A DNA stretch of 64,000 nt from a bacterium. GTDB taxonomy: Bacteria; JAAXHH01. Position 1 is the first letter of the stretch. Each line of letters starts with the position of its first letter. This document shows positions 1-9,249 of the stretch, one piece after another. The notes beneath the pieces were generated by a model, which worked only from the letters and a program-made list of their open reading frames with translations, searched no databases and was not told where the DNA came from. Position numbers and translations under genes: made by a program. Location of the stretch: assembly GCA_965225915.1 (NCBI GenBank), contig OZ245326.1, positions 3,634,057 to 3,698,056 on the forward strand, in the 5' to 3' direction.

Positions 1-41
1 GAACTCTACTATCGAATCCTAATGTGCGAGGAACCTCTCCG

Positions 42-1211
42 ATGTCACTTACATCAGAAGTACAGTCCATGCTACCGGATCTGGACGGTTACGCTTATTT
101 CCAGACCAGCGGGTTTTCGCCCAAGTTGAACCCGATTATCGACGAGGTTATCCGCTCGCTGAGGATTCAAAGCCGTGGTCCCGCCCTGCCCTTCGTAGCC
201 CGGAAGTTGCAACAACAGATGCAGGAAACCCGGGGCAAGGTAGCGGATACGATCAACGCAACGCCGGAAGAGATCGTGCTGACGGAAAACACCACGATTG
301 GCATAAACATCGTGGCCAATGGGATCGACTGGCAACCGGGCGATAACGTGCTGCTCAGCACGCACGAGCACCCGGGCAACCGGCTGACCTGGTACAACCT
401 GACTGGCAGATACGACGTGGAACTCCGGTTGGCCCCACTATACAGCGACCATGAAAGAACGCTGGAAGAGATGGATCAGTTGATCGATGAGCGGACCAGG
501 TTGGTCAGCGTAAGCCACGTCTCCAGGCGCACGGGTCTGCGTCTGCCGGGTCGGGCAATCTGCGATCTAGCCCACGGGAAGGATACGCCAGTGCTCTATG
601 ACGGCGCACAATCCTTCGGTGCCATACCGATCGACGTCCGGGACCTGAACTGCGACTTCTACAGCTTCTGCGGACACAAGTACACCATGGCTCCACAGGG
701 AACCGGGGGACTGTATATACGGAGGGACCGTATTGAATGGCTCAAGCCGAGTTGGATCGGATCCCATTCGCAGAAAACCTTCGACCAGGACGGCAACATG
801 GACCTGCTGGACGAAGCCAAGCGATTCGAGTTCGCCACGCGCAGCGTGCCTGACCAGGCCGGATTCGGCAAGGCCCTGGACATCTGGGCCGGGTTTGGCT
901 GGGACACGGTTTTTAACGGGATCGCGGCCTATACGGATCGAATGAAATCCGCCCTATCGGAGATTCCCGGCCTGGTTCTTGAAACCCCGCTTGCCTACGA
1001 CGATTCGTCCGGAATCGTCACCTTCCATGTCCCGGGCCTTGAATCGGGCCCCATGTCCGAAAGCCTGCGGGAGAAGGAAAAGGTGCTGGTCTCGCCGCTC
1101 GATTTCGCCCCGGAAAGCGTACGGGTGTCGACGCACGTTTTCAATTCGGAAGAAGACCTGGACCGGCTGATAGCCGGCATTCTAAGGATCCAGCGCGAAG
1201 GATTGGGCTAA
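42..1211 (+). CDS. Aminotransferase class V / cysteine desulfurase-like PLP enzyme
   Basis: ENTT, HEHP, VSHVS, DGAQ and FCGHKY (PLP lysine) motifs; ATG at 42 follows a GAGGA RBS. Confidence 0.85.
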   Translation: MSLTSEVQSMLPDLDGYAYFQTSGFSPKLNPIIDEVIRSLRIQSRGPALPFVARKLQQQMQETRGKVADTINATPEEIVLTENTTIGINIVANGIDWQPGDNVLLSTHEHPGNRLTWYNLTGRYDVELRLAPLYSDHERTLEEMDQLIDERTRLVSVSHVSRRTGLRLPGRAICDLAHGKDTPVLYDGAQSFGAIPIDVRDLNCDFYSFCGHKYTMAPQGTGGLYIRRDRIEWLKPSWIGSHSQKTFDQDGNMDLLDEAKRFEFATRSVPDQAGFGKALDIWAGFGWDTVFNGIAAYTDRMKSALSEIPGLVLETPLAYDDSSGIVTFHVPGLESGPMSESLREKEKVLVSPLDFAPESVRVSTHVFNSEEDLDRLIAGILRIQREGLG

Positions 1212-1455
1212 GCAGATTACTAGCAGTGTGTTTAAAGCTAGTTCTTACAAGGTTTTGTCTCATGAAACCGGATTTAAACTGATTGGCCATGTGAATTTCA
1301 AATTCCACATGCCAAGGTCGCGATTCTCCAACAGATTTAATTCTTGGGAATCTTCTGCCGAGTGTCCTGCAACCGAGCCACTGGGTATTTCATGCCTCGA
1401 ACGCATATTTTACGTTGTTCGAAATGGCTATGCTGAGTTGTGGATAGGAGGGACA

Positions 1456-2124
1456 ATGGCTACAACAGAATCCGTGATCCATTTAGAAGTAACAATAGAT
1501 GACCATACTGAATCAGCAGATCTGGAAGTTACGCTGGAATCACTAGATTTATGGATAGAAAATAGGGAATTAATCAACGAGGCAGGAACCAGAAAATCCA
1601 AAGAACTATTCAGCAAAGGGCATAAATTCGTTGTTAAGATACTAGGCGCTACGCAGGCACTCGATAAAACAGATGGTGTTTATTCGTCAGCACTGTTGGA
1701 ATTAGATGGGAAACTGAGTCAGCGACTAGACGCCTATGAGTTTGCGTTGCCATTGATCAATTGTCTTACAAGGATTGATCCTGAAGATAAGGTGCTACCA
1801 AAATTGTTAAGTACAGCAATTCAAGGTTGGGGATTATATGTTGGTGATGGTGAAATGTTTTTAGAGTTATACGGTAGATTCATACAGGAATACAAGTTAA
1901 AAGACCAGAAGCAACAAAAAGAAAAAATGATTGAATTGATGTGCGATATGAATAAGATCGTCAAAGAATACGTGTGGGAAAATGGTAAGAAAGAGATTGT
2001 GCCACTACCTGTTTTCGTTAGGAATGTTATTGCCCATCCAGAAAACAAACACAATCGAATAGATCGTACCGGGACCGAACTTCGACAAGCTGAAGAGTTG
2101 CTCAAGTCTTGGTTAGGTGATTAA
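1456..2124 (+). CDS. AT-rich hypothetical protein with C-terminal HEPN-like RxxxxH motif
   Basis: GGAGGG RBS before ATG 1456; C-terminal FVRNVIAHPEN; visibly lower GC than flanks. Confidence 0.55.
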   Translation: MATTESVIHLEVTIDDHTESADLEVTLESLDLWIENRELINEAGTRKSKELFSKGHKFVVKILGATQALDKTDGVYSSALLELDGKLSQRLDAYEFALPLINCLTRIDPEDKVLPKLLSTAIQGWGLYVGDGEMFLELYGRFIQEYKLKDQKQQKEKMIELMCDMNKIVKEYVWENGKKEIVPLPVFVRNVIAHPENKHNRIDRTGTELRQAEELLKSWLGD

Positions 2125-2238
2125 GAAGAACCATGGAGTATATGGAATCGGTACTTGATCATTTTCTGAATGTACATATTGTGAGTTTGCTTGTCCCGCC
2201 AATACAACTCATTTGTACAATCAGTAAAGATGTCAAAA

Positions 2239-3332
2239 CTAACGAAACCAGTCGTAATTAAGACCCAGTGAACGATCCTCCAGGGGCAGGTCGACGCGCA
2301 CGCCGCCCCTCGACGACGAAAGCTTGAGGGCGATTTCCACTTCCAATGCCATGGCCACCCTGCGGCCCGAGTTCTTTGGTTCGTCCAGCTTTCCCGCCAG
2401 GCAATCCATCACGTCATTCAGCGAATAGATCCCGCATAGGGTGGTACGAACTGGGGCCCCGGCCACGGCACCTCGACCCGGTAGGGCCGACCTTCCACCT
2501 CCATGACCTCCCATCGCTGCCATGCCGTCACGAAATCGTAGGCCAGATCGCCCTTGCTCCCATGCAGTCGCACGCCCGGGGCACCCGCGCGAAAATGCAC
2601 TACGAGGCCGCTTTCGGTCACCATCATGCCCTGTCCGGTAAATTCGTCACTTCCCGACTCCCGCCGCGGTTCATCACCGGTACCGATCACCCATGCGGGG
2701 GCGCTGTCCACGAAATACGACCAGTTCTGGTGTTGGGCAAAGGGGTCCGGGGCTTCTATTGACAATAACTCGCCGATTTCACCGTCGCGTACCAACGCTC
2801 CAGCCCGCGCGAAGGAAGGATGTGTGGTGGCGATGGCGCCGCAACTCAATGGAACGCCCGCTTCCGCACAGGTCCGCACCATGCGGTCCGCTTCTTCGAG
2901 CGTGTGAGCCATAGGTTTCTCAGTGAAGATCCCCTTTGCGCCAGGATGTATGGCGAGACAGGTCAGATCAGCGCGATGTTTTGTATTCGTGGCGATTGCT
3001 ACAATTTCCGGGCGTTCAATGGCCAGCATATCCCCGGCATCGTCATAGAGGGAGACTACACCATATCGTTCCCGGAAGGCGCACAGCCGTTTCACATCCC
3101 TGTCCGCCGCCGCGATCAGGTCTACATCTGGACGGTCCCACAGAGCTTCGGCATAGGATGATGGAAGACCCTCTGTTCCAGGATCTTCGTGGTAAAGGAA
3201 ACGCCGATGGATATTCAGTTCAGGCGTGGGACGATCGATATCATCCGCGTCCCATACGCCTGTCCTTTCCGCGAGATCATACAGCATACCCATCCAACCC
3301 AGTCCAATGAGTCCTGCCCGGTACTTTGCCAC
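2239..3332 (-). pseudogene. Gfo/Idh/MocA oxidoreductase with one frameshift near 2435 (may be a sequencing error)
   Basis: GLIGLGWMG Rossmann motif and EKP motif; the natural C-terminus (GIYSLNDVMDCLAGKLDEPKNSG...YDWFR) continues in another frame to 2239. Confidence 0.75.
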
Positions 3333-3437
3333 GTGATCTACCTCCGGTTTATTCCCTGAATCAAAGTCAATTGTGGGCTATTAGCACTTAATGCATAGTC
3401 GCAATTATACGCTTGAAGATCCATACTCGCCCATTCA

Positions 3438-4202
3438 CTACCTACCAATTCGCCTCGAGATGGAATCGAAAAAGTCTGCCAAATTGACCAGACAGTGCGC
3501 AATGATGCAGGGGCGGACGCTGTGCGTGTGGATGGTTGTATAGATGAGCGGCAGGATGCCCAACGTGCGGACCGGAATCATCCAGGGCGTGTCAAAATGG
3601 TATATGGAGAATAGTAAGCTGTGTGCGGCGGGCTTTAGTCGCCCGAACTGGCTTGGCATTCTTGGGAGCAGATACCCACGGAAATAGAGCTCTTCGGTTA
3701 TGGGAACGAGGATGCCGGTGAGCACGATATTCGCAAACAAAACGATCCCTGCGACCTCCGAAACCCCTGTCATTTGATACTTCGCGAAGACGTTGATACC
3801 AAAGAAAGTTTCAAGCCAATGGGTGATCGGTTCAAACACTAAGAAGATAATGGCGGTCGGCAACAGGATCGTGGGAACCCATATGAAATAACGAGACCAG
3901 GAGAGTGGTTGGTTGTATACTACGATGCCTTCAAGCGACCACCCTGGGTTGTGCCGCTTCTTAGCCAGGTAGTAGAGGTAGCCTAGCTGCACGGGAATCA
4001 GCACGAATACGTTTGACAATACACCGATGAATAGTTCAGGCGGTAATGACGGGTTCCACAAAGTCGCAAATCCCAGCAAGGTCGCTGCTATGTTTGCGAT
4101 GCCGGGAGCTAAATGAAGTAAAAGACACTTCCCCAAAGAATGAGGCTCAACCGCTGAACCGATCATACCTCCAGCTGGGCGACTTGATGCAAGTGCCTTC
4201 AT
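3438..4202 (-). CDS. CPBP (CAAX protease/Abi) intramembrane metalloprotease
   Basis: Multiple TM segments; EELYFRG, FSIYH and HCLVN motifs. Confidence 0.85.
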   Translation of the reverse strand: MKALASSRPAGGMIGSAVEPHSLGKCLLLHLAPGIANIAATLLGFATLWNPSLPPELFIGVLSNVFVLIPVQLGYLYYLAKKRHNPGWSLEGIVVYNQPLSWSRYFIWVPTILLPTAIIFLVFEPITHWLETFFGINVFAKYQMTGVSEVAGIVLFANIVLTGILVPITEELYFRGYLLPRMPSQFGRLKPAAHSLLFSIYHFDTPWMIPVRTLGILPLIYTTIHTHSVRPCIIAHCLVNLADFFDSISRRIGR

Positions 4203-4496
4203 CCTCGATCTCCGGGCCGGTTTTGTTCTCTAATTCAAAGTCGATTACGCGCTGTGAGCGTATGTGGGATTAATACATACATTAGTATATGTTGTTATGT
4301 AGTATTATGATACCACAATATATAGTATTAAATGTAGTTTCCATACTGTTCTCTATTTTAAACTCACGAAATCAGTGCGTTATTTAGTTGATTTAGTCGG
4401 TAAAATTAGCCAATTCATCAGAATTTGGCTCCAATTAGATCAATTCAAGTAAAAAATGGTCCAAAACAACCCCGAGAACCACATCTCGCCAATCCA

Positions 4497-5504
4497 TTAA
4501 AACGGCAGCGGTACGTCCAGTCGCTCGCTCATTTCTCGCACAGTTTGCTGTTCGATCTCACCGAATCGGATTCCCTGCTTCCTGTGAAGGGCCATGCGTT
4601 GTTCTTCTATCGCTCCGGGGAGCAGTGCTTCGTCATAGCCCGGCATGGGCTCAAATGATTCCCGCACGTCCTTCACGAAACGGTCTACCTCTCCGCGAAA
4701 GTCTTCTTCAGGAATCACCGTCTCGATATGTATGGCCAGAACCATACCGCCATGGTTCGCTGCCGGCCACCGTTCCTGAACCTCGTCGGCCTCTGGCAGC
4801 GCGGCTCCTGCCAGGGCACATCCCAGCAGCGTTGCCACTGCCCCGTAGCCAATGCTCTTAAAGAAGGCGGCCGGTATGCGGGACAGAAGATCGTCAAATT
4901 CAGGTGATTTCTGATAGTCAGCCAAAATGCGGGTAGCTACGTCCTGTACCACGGGAGGCTCATTGCACGCCGGGATGCCGAAACAGAGCGGCGGGTTGCC
5001 GAAGTAGCCGATCTGCGGTTTAGGATCCTGGCCGCGGGCGTTTCCCATATTGCGGTAGCCCTGGACCGAGAACCCGATGCATCCAGCTTCCATGCACATA
5101 CGGGTGTAGTGGCCAGCAGAACCGTAATGACCGATATGACGGACAAGCCCCATGCCCATCCCTGTTTCACGGGCCTTTGCGATCGCGCTTTCGGTTGCCT
5201 CGACCATGGGCCAGTACCCGAGTGTTCCGTCGCCGTCGACGACAACTGATGTGGGGGATTCCGAGATGACCCGCACATTGGGACGGGGGTTACTGCCGCC
5301 CTCGGCGAAGGTGCGCGTGTAGCCCGATGCCGCCCTGACACCGTGGCTGCGAACGCCCCTCATGTCGGAATTGACGAGCAGTCGACTGATCAGCGCTGCG
5401 TGGCAGTTGGATAATCCCACTTTTTCGAAACAGGCTGTCGTAAAACCCAGCAATTCGTTCTCATGAACGTGGATGTATTTTTCCGGCGGTCGATTCATCA
5501 CCAT
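4497..5504 (-). CDS. Ldh_2 family (malate/L-sulfolactate/ureidoglycolate-type) dehydrogenase
   Basis: DMRGVRSHG, VDGDGTLG, HYGSAGHY, GNPP and LPG motifs. Confidence 0.85.
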   Translation of the reverse strand: MVMNRPPEKYIHVHENELLGFTTACFEKVGLSNCHAALISRLLVNSDMRGVRSHGVRAASGYTRTFAEGGSNPRPNVRVISESPTSVVVDGDGTLGYWPMVEATESAIAKARETGMGMGLVRHIGHYGSAGHYTRMCMEAGCIGFSVQGYRNMGNARGQDPKPQIGYFGNPPLCFGIPACNEPPVVQDVATRILADYQKSPEFDDLLSRIPAAFFKSIGYGAVATLLGCALAGAALPEADEVQERWPAANHGGMVLAIHIETVIPEEDFRGEVDRFVKDVRESFEPMPGYDEALLPGAIEEQRMALHRKQGIRFGEIEQQTVREMSERLDVPLPF

Positions 5505-5575
5505 TCCTTAGGGTATGCCTATCGGCGACTGAACAGAGGAGTCTGCTACATGAGTGGACTGAAATCAGTCCGGGG

Positions 5576-6301
5576 TCATACTACCATGGGCGTCTGCAGC
5601 ACCGTGAGTCCCATGTCGATGTACTTGTCTCGTTCCGATGGGTCCAGGAGTGCCAGGCTGACCGCGACCGAAGTTCCTTCCATCTCCCTGGCGACATGCT
5701 TGACGCATTCTTCAACCGTACGGAAGGGCGGATTATGGTATCGTTCGATGTCGAAAAGCAGGTCGTTGGGACCGAAGGTGAGCACATCCACGCCATTCAG
5801 TGCCAGATTACGGCAGTTGATTACGGCGTCAACCGATTCGAGTTGCAGCCACAGTACGCCTGTTTCATTCCACCAGGCCGCGTATTCGAGGCGATTGGAA
5901 CGATCCCGGATGCCGTGGCGCGCGCTTCCACCCCAGCTTCTTCCACCGAACTGTGGATAATAAAAGAAATGGATCGCTTCTCTCACCGTGTCTTCCTGCC
6001 TGACTTCAGGCACGAGGATTCCCGCGGGTCCCAGATCGAGATAGTTGCCGATCAGGTAGGTGTGCCGGGTGTGTTTTATCCGCAGGATCACCGGCACGCC
6101 CAGCGCTTCAGCGGATGCACAGAAGGAAACGATGCGATCCTCGTTCTGGGTTCCGTGCTGGCAGTCGACATTGAAGAAATCGACCTTCCCTTTCTGTACC
6201 ATCTCTTCCAGGTCGTCCATGCCGGCATCCATGGAGGCGCCAACACCATTCAAGATTTCACCGTTTCGGATGCGATATTTCAGCGAAGTCGGCTCACCCA
6301 T
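5576..6301 (-). CDS. HpcH/HpaI aldolase family protein
   Basis: VDCQH, YLDLGPAGILVPEV, YYPQFGGRSWG, QLES and FGPNDL motifs; GGAG RBS before ATG 6301. Confidence 0.85.
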   Translation of the reverse strand: MGEPTSLKYRIRNGEILNGVGASMDAGMDDLEEMVQKGKVDFFNVDCQHGTQNEDRIVSFCASAEALGVPVILRIKHTRHTYLIGNYLDLGPAGILVPEVRQEDTVREAIHFFYYPQFGGRSWGGSARHGIRDRSNRLEYAAWWNETGVLWLQLESVDAVINCRNLALNGVDVLTFGPNDLLFDIERYHNPPFRTVEECVKHVAREMEGTSVAVSLALLDPSERDKYIDMGLTVLQTPMVV

Positions 6302-6324
6302 TACGAGGTCTCCCTTCCATTCCG

Positions 6325-7068
6325 TTACACTTTCACAAATACTTGCAGTTGTACCGGCGTATCCACCCGGATGACTGCCGAGGGATGTCGATGCATGGTC
6401 CGTTCCAGGCGGCGCCTGTCCGCGACAGGCAGGTGCGCCTTGTCCCATCGATCAGCCCTGTACAGGTCGAATATCGCCAGGCTCTCAATGTAGTACCTGA
6501 AAACGAAATCAGTGTAAAAGTTCGTGACGAGTTTGCGGTCCCTGACGGCCTCCGCCATGATCCGGTCCGCGAAATGAAAGTCGACATAGTCCCGGGCCAA
6601 AGTACCCACCAGGGTTTCCTCTTCCTCCACCAGGCAGAGAACCTGCTGCCTTGCACGACGGCGATTACCCAGGCTGACCGGGAAGTACGGACGAATATCG
6701 ACGACCCGCCCTCCGGGCTTCAACACGCGACCGGCTTCGAGAAGGGCATGCCCCATGCCCTCTTGTTTTACTCATCACAAAGACCAGGAAAAAAGCGCCA
6801 GGTCGAAACTGCGATCCTGAAACGGTAACCTGGAAGCGTCCGCCACGGCGAACCGGGCGATGTCATCCAGCCGCTTCCGGGCATGGGCACGCCGCAGGTC
6901 TTCGCCGGACAGGTCGACCCCGACGACCGAGTGTACCCAATCCCTGATTCTGTTCGATAGGCGGCCATCGCCGCAACCGATATCGATCACGCGCGCGCCG
7001 GCGAAAGGTACATGCTGCATGAGCAGCCGCGTTTCTCGCCGTTCCGGATCAATCCTGACTCCCTTCAT
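6325..7068 (-). CDS. Class I SAM-dependent methyltransferase, putative double-selenocysteine (UU) selenoprotein
   Basis: IDIGCGDG motif I, then LPFQDRSFDLALFSWSL-TGA-TGA-VKQEGMGHALLEAGRVLKPGG in one continuous frame; stop codons at 6777-6775 and 6774-6772; SECIS-like hairpin downstream; GGAGG RBS before ATG 7068. Confidence 0.8.
6741..6762 (-). promoter_or_regulatory. Candidate bacterial SECIS element
   Basis: mRNA after UGAUGA reads GUAAAACAAG-AGGGCAUG-GGG-CAUGCCCU-U: 8-bp perfect stem with a G-only loop starting 18 nt after the second UGA. Confidence 0.7.
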
Positions 7069-7082
7069 TCCGGCCTCCCATC

Positions 7083-8096
7083 TCAATGTTGAATGTCCAA
7101 TCCAGACGCGTCTTCGATTTCAGCCCAATTCCCCGTGTCCTTCGAGTGTTCGATGGCGAGTCCGGTAAGATAGAGCTGCGCAGCCATCTTGCCGTCGGTC
7201 CGGTTCGGCGTGCCGTTCTCTACCGCGTCCAGGAACTCGGTGACACTCTCCGCCTCGCCGGGCCAGCCGCCCACGACAGGCATCGCCGGCTCTACTGTGA
7301 TCAACTCACCTTCCGGTTTGACCTTCGTTCGCAACTGTATCGTATTTTTGAAATAGTCAACGGTCAGGTCACCTTCGTCACCGGTCACCTCTATCGTGGT
7401 CTCCATTTGGTCGACCGAGTTAATATTCAGGTGGATCGTACCCCAGATTCCGTCGTAATCGAATTGGGCCAGGCTGTGGTGCTGCCGCCTGCCTTCCCGC
7501 CCGTTGCCATCCATGACGAGGACACGTGAGGGAGACCGGCCAATTATGCTGTTCAGCCCGTCCACGTACCAGGGACCCAGGTGGTGGGCGAGGCACAGGT
7601 CGGGTCCCCCAAATTCCGCCCAGTTGCTCCGCAATTTCAGGTGCACAGCCTGCATGTTACCGATTGCGCCCTGCCGCAACAATTCGGCGGCGCGATGCAC
7701 GACCGTAGCGAAACCGATCTCCAGATCGCCGTGGGTGATCTGTTCGGCGGCGACCAGCCGCATCAGCATCTTCCGTATGCCAATGGGACAATCGGAGAGC
7801 GGCGGCTCGTAATAGGCAGCGATTCCTGCGTCGAGGACGGCGTTCATGGCTGCTTCATGGATAGGATCGGGTATGGCCATCATGACGGCGTCAAGAGCGG
7901 GACCGTCCAGCAACGCCTCGAATCCACCGTAGATTTTAACATCCGGGCCCAGTTCTTCTCGGATTCTGTCCTGTGAAGCCTCGCTGAATGCCGCCGCGGA
8001 CACGATCCGGACCCGGTCATGCTGCCGAAGAGCGGGCACGAAAGCCAGCCGGGTCCAACCGCCGTAACCGATCAAGCCTACACGTATTTCGGACAT
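7083..8096 (-). CDS. Gfo/Idh/MocA family oxidoreductase
   Basis: VGLIGYGGW Rossmann motif, LDAVMMAIPDPIH, and EPP at the EKP position. Confidence 0.85.
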   Translation of the reverse strand: MSEIRVGLIGYGGWTRLAFVPALRQHDRVRIVSAAAFSEASQDRIREELGPDVKIYGGFEALLDGPALDAVMMAIPDPIHEAAMNAVLDAGIAAYYEPPLSDCPIGIRKMLMRLVAAEQITHGDLEIGFATVVHRAAELLRQGAIGNMQAVHLKLRSNWAEFGGPDLCLAHHLGPWYVDGLNSIIGRSPSRVLVMDGNGREGRRQHHSLAQFDYDGIWGTIHLNINSVDQMETTIEVTGDEGDLTVDYFKNTIQLRTKVKPEGELITVEPAMPVVGGWPGEAESVTEFLDAVENGTPNRTDGKMAAQLYLTGLAIEHSKDTGNWAEIEDASGLDIQH

Positions 8097-8294
8097 GATT
8101 CGCCTTTCCACTGGTTACATATCGTTTCACTACCGGTATCGGTTGAGGTATATTAGGACAATGAAAACCGCCTCATATCGGTAAGGCAAGAACTAAGTAT
8201 ATCGAGATCAACGCACGAATGCGAGGATTGCTGCACATGAATTAATCCCGGCCTCATACCGGTCAGGCTCACACAACAGGTGCCGGAGATAAGA

Positions 8295-9094
8295 ATGTCC
8301 ATCCTGAGACTGCTCGTTTTCATTTCCATTTCAATGGCGGCCGGCCATGCGGCAGGCCAGGTAAATATCGAGGCGCTGCGCCGGGATGCTCGTTCCACGG
8401 GGTTTTCAGGCGCCTTGGCCCTCAACCTGGAGATACATACAGGCAATACGGACCTGAAGGAAATCGGGCTCGAGGGCCGGCTGGATTACAACCACCCCCG
8501 GGTCAACACGTTCGTGCTGGCGCGAAATGACTTCGGTTGGGAACTGGGGGAGCGTTTCGCCGATGAAGGGTTGATTCATCTGAGACAGCACTATCCGCTG
8601 CGCGGCCGCATAGGTCTCGAGGTTTTCGCCCAGTACAATTATGATACCAGTTACCTGCTTGACACCCGCGTGCTGGCCGGTGGAGGAATTCGATTCGGTC
8701 TGATCGAAACCGGCGTTTTCCAACTCTGGGAAGGGGCTTCAGCGTTCCTGGAACACGAACGGCTGGGCGATTTGCCCGATGGTGGGAGTCATCCCGACCG
8801 GGCAACCGTCGGCCGGTGGAGTCACTACCTGTCGTCCCGCCTTGCCGTCAACGATCGCGTAGTCTCCACGTGTACGGTCTATTTTCAACCGCTGTGGGAT
8901 TCCATTGGCGATACACGTGTCCTCGGAGAACTGAGAACGGATTGGCCGTCACTTTCTAGGAGAATCTCGAAGTCGATCTGGCGGGGCCGCTCGTGTTGGC
9001 ATTGAATTTCGTCATGCGCTACGACAGCCGACCGCCGGATGGCGTCAGTAAGCTGGATACCGTGCTGGAGAACGGATTGGCCGTCACTTTCTAG
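8295..9094 (+). pseudogene. DUF481-like outer-membrane beta-barrel, frameshifted by a 29-bp internal insertion
   Basis: Signal peptide then QVNIE...GNTD; alternating beta-strands; removing 8933-8961 restores the frame to ...YDSRPPDGVSKLDTVLENGLAVTF* with a terminal Phe. Confidence 0.7.
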
Positions 9095-9096
9095 GA
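8933..9096 (+). repeat. 29-bp exact direct repeat GAGAACGGATTGGCCGTCACTTTCTAGGA
   Basis: Copies at 8933-8961 and 9068-9096. Confidence 0.95.
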
Positions 9097-9249
9097 TTCG
9101 ACCTGCCCGTCGGCCGCCAATCATGTATTGAAGTATGTATCCTTTCCCTCTATATTCAAGGCTGTTTCACCAAACGAAGATGGACCGGGTTTCAATACGA
9201 TGCCAGTCCGGAAGTTGCATGTAGTGTCGCTTGTGATTTGATAGAGTTC

